A DNA stretch of 64,000 bases from Macrostomum lignano (Eukaryota). A model generated the notes under the pieces. The model searched no databases and was not told where the DNA came from. It was given only the letters and a program-made list of their open reading frames with translations. A program made the position numbers and the translations under genes. This document shows positions 18,325 to 33,614 of the stretch, piece by piece; position 1 is the first letter of the stretch, and each line of letters begins with the position of its first letter. The stretch covers positions 56,132 to 120,131 of the forward strand of contig NIVC01002402.1 of assembly GCA_002269645.1 (NCBI GenBank). The letters are read 5' to 3'.

Positions 18325-19230
18325 TCATGCAATCACACTCATCCTCTTGAACTTCCTTGATTGCTCATTGCAAAATGCTCGCCCTTGCTTTCTCTCTTGA
18401 GCCGCAATCCTGTGCCCATTGCAGCAATGGTGTAAGTGCAGCTTTGAGAACAGCCTCGCAATGCCCATCACGCATCTCTCTGAGTGCTCAGCGCAATGAG
18501 TCGCAATATGTTGCAATCGGCCAATAATTTGCTGATTCTGTGTGACACACCAGCAGGCATGAACTTTGGCACTTCCAGCAATTTGAATTGGCATTCCATC
18601 TCAGTGACAGCTCTGATAACTGCTCTGCTTGGGGTGACTAAGCTGTCATCTCACTTGTACTTCAGTCGCAGGAAGCGTGTCCAATCAAATTGCTCCCTTC
18701 AGTTCCTGCTAGCACACCTCACACTTGCACTTGGTTTTAAAGAAGCAGAACAGCAACCAACTGCCGACATATGCACACTTCTTGTGATCTAAGTTATCCG
18801 ATGTAGCAAAGAGCTTATCACCTGCTTCTGTTAGATCTGAGTCACAAGTGTTGCCCTGCAGGTGGACTGGATCTGGAGCTTCTTGGCTCACTGCAGCCTT
18901 GGATGCTCTCTGGCTGCTGGAAACTGGTGAAATCTAGTGCCTAGCAGACACTTGCCAGCGTAGTTGGGGCATCCATATGCAGTGCACACTGAAGCCTCAA
19001 AGCAGACGCAGGCATGCAAAACAGTATCATAATAAGCTGCATATTCAACTCTAGCAGATATGCCTTCAGTATTAGCACTTTTGAAGCCAAACCTAGCTTC
19101 AGCAGCACTAGCTTGTGCTATAAAGAATGCAAAACAGCAAAGACAGGCTAGCACGATCAATAATGCATTTGACCTGCATGCTTTCATGCCACGAGCTCAT
19201 GCTAGAACGCCCAAGGTATGCTGTCTATAG
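18325..19230 (-). mobile_element. Degenerate P-element/THAP9-like transposase C-terminal remnant
   Basis: Across stops and frame switches on the minus strand: IIDRASLSLLF, FGFK...T, CAYVGSWLL..KTKCKCEVC*QEL, DSLVTPSRAVIRAVTEMECQF, CAEHSERCVMGIARLFSKLHLHHCC. These resemble, in order, the C-terminal motifs of P-superfamily transposases (recognised from memory). Confidence 0.45.
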
Positions 19231-20610
19231 CACTAACTTAGAGTACAGAGGCAGCAGAAGGCAGGGCCAGTAGTTTCTAAAAATAGCACAGTTTATAAGG
19301 GGGTGAGTTGGTTCTATCAAGCCTTCCTATATTCTGTGGGACAAACCCGCAATAAATGGCAAAGAATTGGTAAAGTGCCATTCAGCCTACTTAGTTTTTC
19401 TTTACAACAAGAGTAGCCAATATAGAATATCATTCTTGTGCAAGAAATTTTCTCAAAATGTGAGATTTGCATTCTGTGTATATTCTGTGGGTAAGGTATA
19501 GATAAGGTAAGGTAGCTTCAAATTTTGGAAAAGATAGATATTGTAATAGATAGTCTATTCTAGATGAATGTTTTCAACAATAAAATCTACACAAATGTAT
19601 CTATGATCTAGTTAAAAATGCAAGTTTACTAGCCGGATCATAGGGCTACTCTTTGGTATAACCATAGGCCTAGTTTGTATTTTTGGCAAGTTATTTAAGT
19701 GACAGCTTATTAGGGATACACTTTAGGCTCCCACCATATTGCAAATATATCTCTTCAGTAATTGCCATGACTGTTTGCAAGTAGTTTCTGTTTGGTTTTC
19801 TAATTGTGGCCTATTATAACTGCAATACTAAACCTGGGTTGCAAATTCAGACAATTCAGACTGGGGCAACACTTACAAACCACAGTTCAAAACATTCTGT
19901 CACCAAAGCAAGGTTTAGCCATAGACAAAATTGTCCCCAGTCTGAATTGTCTGAATTGAATTTCTGCTAGTTTTTTTAGAACTGGACTTTGATCAAAATT
20001 GAATGTGGAAAGGTGTACTATAGGAATGAATAGTTTTTCATGCCCCCACACTAGACCCCCATAGCCCCATAGGGGGATAAACTAGTATCCCCATATCTTC
20101 CCCCTTGCCTATGCCATTGAATATTCCAATCCTTCTATGTTTTTTATGTCACTATGAGCAGAATGATATATCATTTGTGTATAAGTTACTTAGGCTCCAT
20201 TATATAAATTGCTATTATTATTTAATATATTTTCTCCCATGTCTCTACTTTTTGGTAGGATATCAAATAAAAGTTCCCTAATATAAATTTTATGAATGCA
20301 ATGTTGATATTTTTACTATAAATAAAGTACTAAGAAAAAGTATATATAGAGTCAATAGTATTAATGTGTCTTAAAATACTAATTATGCAGTATTTTATAC
20401 TAGTCTGCAATTAAAACAATCTAGTCTAATGTATATGTATATAATATATATAAGTATAGGCATACTAATTTACTTATTGCTAGTTAATTGTCTAACAATA
20501 CAACCCCAGTCTTCTCTGCTCAACATGTGTAATTTCTTGGACACTGGTATAATTTTTTGTGTTTCAAATTATTGCAATAAGTTTACCAAAAACACTACTT
20601 CATAATTTGA

Positions 20611-23851
<3,241 letters not shown>

Positions 23852-23969
23852 AGTCTTCGCTGGACTCGGGGCTGGGGGCGTGGAGAGATGCTGAACTGAG
23901 TATCTGAGCATGCTCTGAGCATTGCGCAGGATTTTGCATTCCTTTTACAGCAAATTTCGGATGTCAAAA

Positions 23970-24742
23970 GGGCGGATTTGGGGTTCCTACTGGGGCGGAT
24001 TTGGGTTCCTACTGGGGGCGGGGCGGATTTAGGGTTCCTACTTAGGTGGATTTAGGGTTCCTACTGGGCGGATTTAGGGTTCCTACTGGGGGACGGATTT
24101 AGGGTTTTTACTGGTGCGAATTTCGAGTTCCTACTGGGGCGGGTTTAGGGTTCCTACTGGGCCGGATTTGGGGTTCCTACTGGGCGGATTTAGGGTTCCT
24201 ACTGGGCCGGATTTGGGGTTCCTAGTGGGCGGATTTAGGGTTCCTACTGGGCGGATTTAGGGTTCCTACTGGGGGACGGATTTAGGGTTTTTACTGGTGC
24301 GGATTTCGAGTTCCTACTGGGGCGGGTTTAGGGTTCCTACTGGGCGGATTTAAGGTTCCTACTGGGCGGATTTAGGGTTCCTACTGGGGGACGGATTTAG
24401 GGTTCCTACTGGGCGGATTTAGGGTTTCTACTGGGGGACGGATTTAGGGTTTTTACTGGTGCGGATTTCGAGTTCCTACTGGGGCGGGTTTAGGGTTCCT
24501 ACTGTGGCGGGTTTAGGGTTTCTACTGGGGCGGGTTTAGGGTTCCTACTGGGGGACGGATTTAGGGTTCCTATTGGGGTGGGGGTGGTTTTAGGGTTCCT
24601 ACTAGGGGGTGGGTTTAGGGTTCCTAATGGGGGCGGATTTAGGGTTTCTACTGGGGGCGGATTTAGGGTTCCTACTGGGGCGGATTTGGGGTTCCTTGGG
24701 GGCGGATTTAGGGTTCCTACTGGGGCGGATTTAGGGTTCCTA
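23970..24742 (+). repeat. About 20-23-bp minisatellite (GGGCGGATTTAGGGTTCCTACT)n
   Basis: Direct inspection; most units carry TTAGGG. Confidence 0.93.
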
Positions 24743-26850
24743 AGAGGATCAGAGGATGAATGAGAGGATTTCGAGTTCCTGTCACGTCTAGCATAGCGGA
24801 TTTCGCAGCTCACTGCCGTCTGGGAATCTGCTAGTGTAGATTCTCTCGCTTTGAATCTGAGATCCTTTCTAGGATTCGTCCTTGAGCTGCTCTGTAAATC
24901 CCCATGGCAACATAATTTTGTTATGATATCTAGTTTCAGATTCCAAAACAGACCATTTTGATTGCATGTCAAATTGTTATTCAGTGATTGGAAATATGCA
25001 TTGAAGCATTCTTTCCTTTAATTGTGAAATTTTGTTTTCTCGTAGTCCGTTTATAATTGACAATCAAGGTGTACTGATATTTTAGTCTATAAACCATTTT
25101 GATTAGCCAAGACAGGTTTTATAGAATTTTAGTTGCTTATATAAGAAATCTTATGTAGCCTTAGCATAATTGAGTATAAAATATTTATCCACCCTAGCCT
25201 GTAGTTAGAGCCTTATCGCATAGATACCTGTTGATTGAAATTTCTTATACGAGTATTTGGGTCAAGGACCACTGGTAGCAACTGTTGCACCTGTTGTCCT
25301 TGATTTCTGTATGGTGCTGTGCATTGATTTTGTTAGTTAATAAACTGTATTGAAATGATACTCTTTAAACAGATTAATCAGCCGTGAATTATGTGGACTT
25401 AGCGACTATTACTCGTAGTTGTGTTGGATTGGTTATTATATTTTTTTAAATCTAGGAGGCTTGTGCGGCATAGAGGTGACGACAAAGTTAGTCGCGTATG
25501 TAAATAATAAACACCGTTTAATTCACATTCTGTGGTTAGAATTCTCTGAGTTATTTTTAGAGTTTCTGCTGAGTCCCTGGACGAAGCTGCTCTAAAAAAA
25601 AGCGAAAAAAGTTGAGTATGAGTATGCTAAGTTTTGTTGTTATGTCAGTTGTGTTTGTTGCTAAATATACTTTTGGCTTGTTCACTTCAATGTTCCATAT
25701 AATGCTCCTGATTTCGAGGAGATTATGTAAATAATAAACGCCGTTTAATTCACATTCTGTGGTTAGAATGTCCGAGGCTGCGTTTAATGGTCTCGAGGCG
25801 AGCGTAGCGAGCCGAGGACCATTGATTGCAGCCGAGGATATTCTAACTATAGACTATGATGAATTAAACGGCGTTTATCATATATTAAATTCGACTGCTC
25901 CTGATTTCGAGGAGATTATAGGCCGTATGCAGAAAGCTCTGTCTAAGGTAGTCCGGTCTTGAAAAGCTAGTCTGGACTTGGATTTGGTATGCAGAAACAC
26001 AAAGTTAGACCGGTCTACTATAGACAGAACTAAGGTAGCTAGACCATAGACTATAGACTGAACTACCCAAGTCCGGACTAGCTAGTCTGGACTAGGCTTT
26101 ATACATACGGCCTTATATGATATAATATCCTAGTTTTTGTTAAAAATTACCACAGACAACACATTCCCGGCTCAGAATAGTACAATTTTTTAACGATTAA
26201 ATAAGCAATCGTATTTTATATGATATAGCTCGTAGTATCCAAAAATTACCATAGACAACACATTCCCGGCTCAGAATAGTACAGTTTTTAACTAATAAAT
26301 AAGCAATCGTAGTTTATATTTTCCTGCACAAGCCCAGTATGATGTGAACACGTGCAGAATCCAAAGGTACTTTTGACGTCTTGACCAAGTTTACGGCATT
26401 TTGTGTGCAAGTGAGTTCCTGCATTTGAAAAAAGCATCCATTTATTTCGGCTGGTTAAAAGATCCAGCTTAAACTGGTTCGATAGTTCGTCAGAGCAGCA
26501 GTTGGTCGGCAAGAGACGAGGGTTAAAAGGGGCAGCATTTTACACGAGTAAGTAGTTAGTGTCTAGCATTGCTAAAGCGTGGTGTATAAATAGTGCTAAT
26601 TGGTTTAATTGGTACAGAACATACTGATAAAATGTTTGATAACAAGTTAATTAAATATGAATAATGCTACAGCGCTACTCATCGATTAACACTATGCATA
26701 CTCAAAGAAAAAACACTGCTAGATTGCCGAACGCTTCACAGCGCGTAATTCTGAAATTATGATTAGAAGCTACTCATGTTTTCTCAGTTCTGGTGAAGTT
26801 GGGATCCAAATCCGCCATTCGCGGTGCCACTCCAGCAGCCATCATTTCAG

Positions 26851-29800
26851 TCAGTCTTCGTCGCGGCTTCTTGCCAGGCTGTGCGAGAAGCACGAACTGC
26901 AGCACTGGGCCTGCGCGTATTCACAGGCTCGTGCATCATTCTGGAGCACCAGGCTGCAGTATTCAGCGTCCTGGTCCAAGCAGTCCGGCGGCGGTGTATC
27001 GGCTGAATTTCAAGATATACGTTGTGTTTTTCAATTTGTTTTCTCAGTTATTTAAGCTGAGTCGTCCAAAAGTTTGTTGAGCAGAATTTGCTTACCCGAG
27101 ATGCACTCCGTCTGGAACTTGGTGCAATCGTTGATGTCTAGGCAGAATGGCCGGCAGACCTGGCCTTTATTGCAGGTGTTGTCCTGGCACGGGTTGATGC
27201 ACTGGCAGGTTGAACAGGTTTTATTGTCCCTCTGGTATCCATAGCGACACCTGGTGTCGCACTGAACATCGCCACATTCTGCAAATGTTGACAGTTTTGA
27301 TTCTGATGCGTCCCGAACGATGATGACCTTCTTGTCTTGGGAATCTTGTGTGCTTTTACGAGAGTTTTAATCCTATTGCTTAGCAGAGGATATTTTCAGT
27401 GGGTAGCATTTCAGTGTCGAAAGGACACTCACGGGACATCACAGTGACGGTAACTCGCTCAGACTCCACTGTCTCGAACTGGTTCGTGACCCGCAGGAAG
27501 TACCTCCCACTGTGCGACAGCTTCAGCGGGTCCAAGTCCAAAGACATGCCGGTGCCGAGAGGCGCAGCGGTTGCGACTGATCCGTTGGTTGAAGACTCGC
27601 TCTGCTGCACCTCCTTGAACCAGAGATACAAGAAGGGTGCCGGGTACCCCGCTTTTAGCTGGCTCTGCAGCCGGATGCGACCGCCTTCCTCAGTTTTGCC
27701 GGCCGGACTGATGACTTCAACGGCTGCCCGCAGTGGCTCGCGGAATTCAATACTCGTCTTGGCCTGGACCGGCGGCCCGGCCTCGTTCTCGGCTTTGCAG
27801 GTGTACTCAGCCACTGCGGCGGGGCCGACTGTCAGATTCAGTGTGTCGGCCTGCGTTCGTTTTGAGTTTCGAGTGTTTGTTTTATCTACGGCTATCTATG
27901 TGGAATAGAAGCAGAGTGTGCTAGAAGCAAACTCACTATTTCCCCTGGAATCGTCTGATCGTACTTCAACCAGCGGATTTCCGGCTTTGGCTTCCCAGTA
28001 GCGTTGCAGATCAGCTGGATTTGTTCGCCCCGCACCAGCAGCGGCTGCTCGGGCGCCTCGAGGCTCAGGATGGTCGCGGGCACCTGAACTGCCAGACTGA
28101 TCTTGCGCGCGGCTTGGCCCTCTGAGTTGTAAGCGGAGCATTCGTATTCGCCCGAGTCGGATTCCGTGACTTGGCGCAACTTCAGTTTCTGGCCATCGAT
28201 GCGGACTCGCTGGTCTTGCACCACCGGCCGGTTGTCCTTGAGCCACATCACAGTAGGCTTTGGCACCGCCAAGAAGCCGCAGTCCAATTTCAGTCGAACG
28301 CCCTCGAGCACGACGATGCTCTGCATAGGGCTGGGAAACTTGCTTTTGGGAGCGAACGGCGGGCAGTTAGTCAGACTCGGGTTGTCCGCCGTAGTCTCTC
28401 CGTCCGGGCAGCAGCCGTGGGGCGTCTTGTCGCACGGGACCTGCGGCGGCCGATTTGTTGTCGGCGGCGGCGGCGTCACGTAGGGATTCTGGCAGGAGCG
28501 GCCTTGGGCGCAGCCGCTCTGGCAGCACTTTTGCCTCTCGTCCGGGCAGTCGAGGTCAAAGTCGCACTGGCGCTCGCAGGCGTCGCCAGAGATTTTCAGC
28601 GGCGGACAGTCGCCCGGCGAGTCACTGCGGAGTTTTTCGTTGAAAATTGGCTGAATGCAAGGGATTCATAACTGCCTACCATTGAAGCCGCGAAATTCTA
28701 TTAGAACTTCAGCACTAAGTAGTGAAAATGGTGAAATAGTATATACTACTTTTTATTCTTCACCTCAGGAGTAATATCTACGGCTTTTTATTTCGACTTT
28801 CGATAAGCAAGCTGATTGAGTGTAGAGTGTAGAGATTGAGAAACAAGCTGGTGAGTGTAGCCCTAGCAGAATGCAATCCAACAAAATAGATATGCCAGCT
28901 TAACTACTCAGATGAAAACTCACACGCTAAACACTTTGCATTGACCTCGGAGCACTGCTCATCGTTGCAGCTGGCCTTGCAGCGCTCGGTTGGCGGGCAT
29001 TTTCCCTCGCAAGGATCAAAGCATCGGCAGATGAGGCAGCCGCTGCTGTCCAGCTGCTGAACGCTGCGCTTGTACTTGCAGTCTGTCGGGCATGGCGAGC
29101 TGGTTGGGCACTCTGAAATAATTAATGCGGACTTTAGCGGAGCGGCCTTTCATCACTTTAAAAAATCGTGACAACAGTTTTCGCGATGAATCCAAGCCTC
29201 AATCTCTTTAAAACTACTTCAATACAGTTTAGAAGCACATATAGAAGTACTGAGTCAGACAACGGCTTACTCTTCGTCGCCACTGGACAGGCGCTCTCGC
29301 AAGCCGAGCGGCTCCAGAAGGCGGCACCGCGCAGCTCCGTGTCGCCGCAGAATTCAAGCGCCGATTGGAAGACTTCGCAGCTGAATGTCTCTTTCTTGAA
29401 CACGAACACCTTTTGGAGCTTTCCGTCCGGACAAGAGGCCGCTGGCGTTTTGGTAACCACTTCAGGTGACTCTGATAGGCACTTCTCCATGCCGAAAGTT
29501 GTTGTCGGCGTCGGTGCTTCCATGGCTGTTGTGGTTGGATCAGATGTCGTTGTAGTGGCGCTTGTCGTGGTGGCTAGTAGGCGAGCTGCGGTGGGTGCGG
29601 CCGAGCGAGCGGAAGCCTTCCCGCGCGGCCTTCGCATCTTGACGACTCGGCTGGCTCTGCACTGCTCCTTGCATTGCTCCCCACTGGCAAACAGGTTCCG
29701 ACTGCCGCCGCAGCCATTATAGGTGAACTCGTAACAATTTTTGGTGCTACCTCGGTAAAAGTACATTACCTTTCGTGAGACTTCCGGGGTCTGTCCGGGG

Positions 29801-32800
29801 CAGATCTGGCCGTGAGACGGTGGGTACAAACAGGGATCCCTTTGCAGCTGGTCCTCGCACATGTTTTTGCACTCGCTCATCGTTAAGAAGCGATTTCGAT
29901 TGCCAAGGCAGCCACCGTATGTCATCTCCTCACAGGCGCCCGTCGTCTGATTAAAGTAGTATCGCTTCAGGTTGGCCTTGCAAGGGCCGGGGTCGCTCTC
30001 CAGAAAGCAGATTAGGTGTCTCTTTTCCGGATAGCAGAAGCTCTTGCATTCGTCCACGATTTGAAGAAGTTCATGCCGATTCCGTGTCTACCCATGGACT
30101 GGTAGCAGTTGAAAGTTTTATAATCAAAGTAGAATCCTTGTCCCTGGCTATTGGCAGTATTCCGAGTTTCGGTTTCGGCGCTCGGCGGTGTTGGAGCGTC
30201 TTTGGGCAGCTGGCAGCGTCCTGCATCATGTCCAAGGCCATCCAGCTGCCGCTACAAAGCTTCTGGTGCGCTTCGCACAGGCTTCCGGGTGAACATGCCG
30301 GTGCTGTGCTCTGGCACAAAGGCTGTCGGCTCGAGTCTGGGGGGATCAGAGTTCAATTATTGTGCCATTGAAACCGAGCCTAGTTTGCGTCAAACTGAAA
30401 TAAACTGATTGAAATTGCTTCTTAGATATAAGAACTACATGTAGCAAATTAATAGCCAGACGATATTGTACTTAAACTACTACTATTCATAAGCACCCTT
30501 CCTTCCTACTGTAGTTCCTGCAGGCGTAATGACAGTCCTCGCCAGTCTCGAAGTTGTTCCCGTTGCCACCGCAGCCAGTGTATTTAAACGTGCGGCATTC
30601 ATCCTTCGTTGGGTCGTAAAAGTACCTTAACAGTCGTTTTCCGTCCGTCATAGGACAGGAGCCAGCGGACGGTGGCAGTCTGCAGACGCTGCCTTCGACT
30701 AGGAGTGGCGGCTGATCATCCGCTGTCGGCAGTCGGCTGCTGTTCAGCGACGCTCGGGGCGGCGGCGCTGTAGCTGCCGCTACAACGCAAGTCTTTCGGC
30801 AGTCGGCCTCATCAAAGAACGATTTTTGTTGCCATGACAACCGGAATAGCTGAACGGCTGGCATTTGAGCTGCTCCGAGTCGTAGTAGTAGCGGAGCAGC
30901 TTTTTCCCTTGGAATTCGCACGAGCCGGGATCTCGCGGAAGGCTGCAGAGCTCTGCAACAACAAGTTTCATTCGAATGGTTTGGAACGTTACCGGTTCCA
31001 CAGAGGCGAGGGGAGCCGTGGCCCGACTATTGCCCTGCGATTTTTGTGCCAGGTTGAAGTTGGTAAACAGTGACCACTGTTTCTCTCTTACTAATTTCGG
31101 CATTCTACTTGTTTGCCTGTGTTTAGATTCCTACATCGTGTCTCCATCCTTAAAGCAGAGATTTTTAGCTGCTTTGTTCAACACTGCATGCTTAAATATG
31201 GTTGTGTGCCCTTCATTCCGGGAGCCATTGATCTTGTCTCTGTATCTGCCTCCGTTTCCTATGCTTCCCATCGACAGATGGCAAACAACCTGGCCATCCA
31301 AAGTAAGAGGTAGAACTGTGATGGACCCAGACCTGCAACAGAGCGGGGCAGACAGAACTTCTGACACTCCTCCAGGGAAGCAAAACTGTTGCTGACAACC
31401 TCCGTGCCGCACGCTTGCCGACTGATGCACTGCTTTGTTTGCTCGTTGTAGAAGTACTTCTTCTCTCGGAACGGACAAAATGTGCCGTCCTTCTCGGATT
31501 TGAAAACGGCAAAGCATCGATCTGGAATCGGAAGTCACGTTGGCTTCAATTTAAGTTGTCGATTCAGCGTTTAGTTATAATGCGCAAATTGGCTCGCACC
31601 CTGAATGACACTGTCAGTTGCGGGCCGCACACACAGGTCGCTGCAAGCTTGCTTCTGCTGGAAGAACTTGGTCTCTCCCAGCCTGCTGCACTCGGCCGTG
31701 TCCTTGAGCACAGCTTGGATGCAGGTGCCGATCTTCTTCACGTAGTAGTAAACAAGAGAACTACTTGAGTACTTCGAACTGTCGTAGTCGATGCAATCCG
31801 TTGCCTCCTCGAACGAGCAGTTGATGTTGCTGCTTTCTAACGAAGTTGATTTAATGCAACGTGACTCATTAGTGTCCCTAGTGCATTTTTCCCACAACCC
31901 AAGTCATTCATTTGCTTTGTATGCATGTAAGCTCGTAGCAGTGAAGAACCCACCAAGCAAAAATAGCAAGGTTGGCGAAACTCACGTTCAAAGCGTCTCT
32001 GACAAGAATTCTCACATGACTCTATGGAGTCGAAGCGGTTCGAGGAGCCAGCGCTACCGTAGTAGTTGTAGGGCATGCAGCGACCTTGATTGGGCTGGTA
32101 GCCATAGACTGTGATGGCTCTCGAGTCTGACATCCCGTTGATGTGATCGCCTTGACTTGTCTCCTGACGACATGGCTCGAAATCTAGGAAATATTAACAT
32201 TATACAGAAATAGCTTTTAGTCTACAGATTACTAATACTAATTATTTTTATTAGAACACCCTTACTTAATATTGGCATCGAATCGCTGGGTGTTGGTTGA
32301 CTGGTTGGTACAAGCGGGTTGAGCTGACCAGCGCTTCTTCCGCTTCCAGTCTCGTTCTGCCGTCCTCGAGATCCTGGAGGCGTATTCATTGTAGTTATTA
32401 CCCTACTCCCTGATTCCGTTGTTGCCATGGATTCCTTAGTTGGTTCCTCTGTTTTAGTCGTTGGTTCCTCAGTTGTAGTCGTTGGTTCCTCAGTTGTAGT
32501 CGTTGGTTCCTCAGTTGTAGTAGTTGGTTCCTCCGTTGTAGTCGTTTGTTCCTCAGTTGTAGTAGTTGGTTCCTCCGTTGTAGTCGTTGGTTCCTCCGTT
32601 GTAGTCGTTGGTTCCTCCGTTGTAGTCGTTGGTTCCTCAGTTGTAGTCGTTAGTTCCTCAGTTTGTAGTTAGTTCCTCAGTTGTAGTCGTTGGTTCCTCA
32701 GTTGTAGTAGTTGGTTCCTCAATTGTTGTCGTTGGTTCTTCAGTTGTAGTCGTTAGTTCCTCAGTTGTAGTAGTTGGTTCCTCAGTTGTAGTAGTTGGTT

Positions 32801-33614
32801 CCTCAGTTGTAGTAGTTGGTTCCTCAGTTGTAGTAGTTGGTTCCTCAGTTGTAGTAGTTGGTTCCTCAGTTGTAGTAGTTGGTTCCTCAGTTGTTGTCGT
32901 TGGTTCCTCAGTTGTAGTAGTTGGTTCCTCAGTTGTAGTAGTTGGTTCCTCAGTTGTAGTAGTTGGTTCCTCAATTGTTGTCGTTGGTTCTTCAGTTGTA
33001 GTCGTTGGTTCCTCAGTTGTAGTAGTTGGTTCCTCAATTGTTGTCGTTGGTTCTTCAGTTGTAGTCGTTGGTTCCTCAGTTGTAGTAGTTGGTTCCTCAG
33101 TTGTAGTAGTTGGTTCCTCAGTTGTAGTAGTTGGTTCCTCAGTTGTAGTCGTTGGTTCTTCAGTTGTAGTCGTTGGTTCCTCAGTTGTAGTCGTTGGTTC
33201 CTCAGTTGTAGTCGTTGGTCCGTCGTTTGTCGTTAATTCTTCTGTTGCTATTGGCTGTTCAGTTGTTTGTTCCTCATTTATCGCTGGCTGCATAACTTGT
33301 GTTGTACCTGCTACTCCTGAAGTTTCAGTTTGATCTGAAATATTATAAAAAATTATAGTTTGTATCTTTAAGCATCTCATAGATGCACATGGCACTGAAA
33401 TAGATGTTAGAAAAATATTTTAGATTCAATAAGAGAACTTTCTCCAAAAGCGTCTACTCATTGTGATGCGGGTAAGTTGAAGCGGGTGCGGATCTTGAAC
33501 TATAGATAATTTATTACCCGTTTGAGCTTCTGCAGCAGCAATTGTCGTCAGCAGCACTAGAACAAGCGCCGCAGCCGCCCCAGTAGCAAACGGAGTTCTG
33601 TTCCGGACCGTCAT
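26851..33614 (-). CDS. Papilin/lacunin-like secreted protein: signal peptide, (EEPTTTT)n, ~9 Kunitz(-like), antistasin, WAP, CCPDG repeat, 3 Ig, antistasin, PLAC. Three apparent frameshifts.
   Basis: Signal exon 33614-33518. Canonical Kunitz domains e.g. CFLESDPGPCKANLKRYYFNQTTGACEEMTYGGCLGNRNRF and CRLPPSAGSC..RYFYDPTKDEC..GCGGNGNNF. WAP CPPL..CERQCDFDLDCPDERQKCCQSGC; CDKTPHGCCPDG; Ig DSGEYECSAYN; antistasin CDTRCRYGYQRD..CSTCQC; last exon 27002-26851 CLDQDAEYCSLV..ACEYAQAQCCSSC (PLAC pattern). Confidence 0.85.
32435..33215 (-). repeat. Coding 21-bp repeat encoding (EEPTTTT)n mucin-like stalk
   Basis: In frame with the signal exon (G|AT CAA at 33334); one 19-nt unit at 32661-32679 breaks the frame. 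Confidence 0.9.

Noticed and set aside
18888-19187. Stand-alone secreted Cys-rich peptide gene
   Set aside because: Not listed as a CDS because it falls in register with a probable transposase relic; kept only as a finding.
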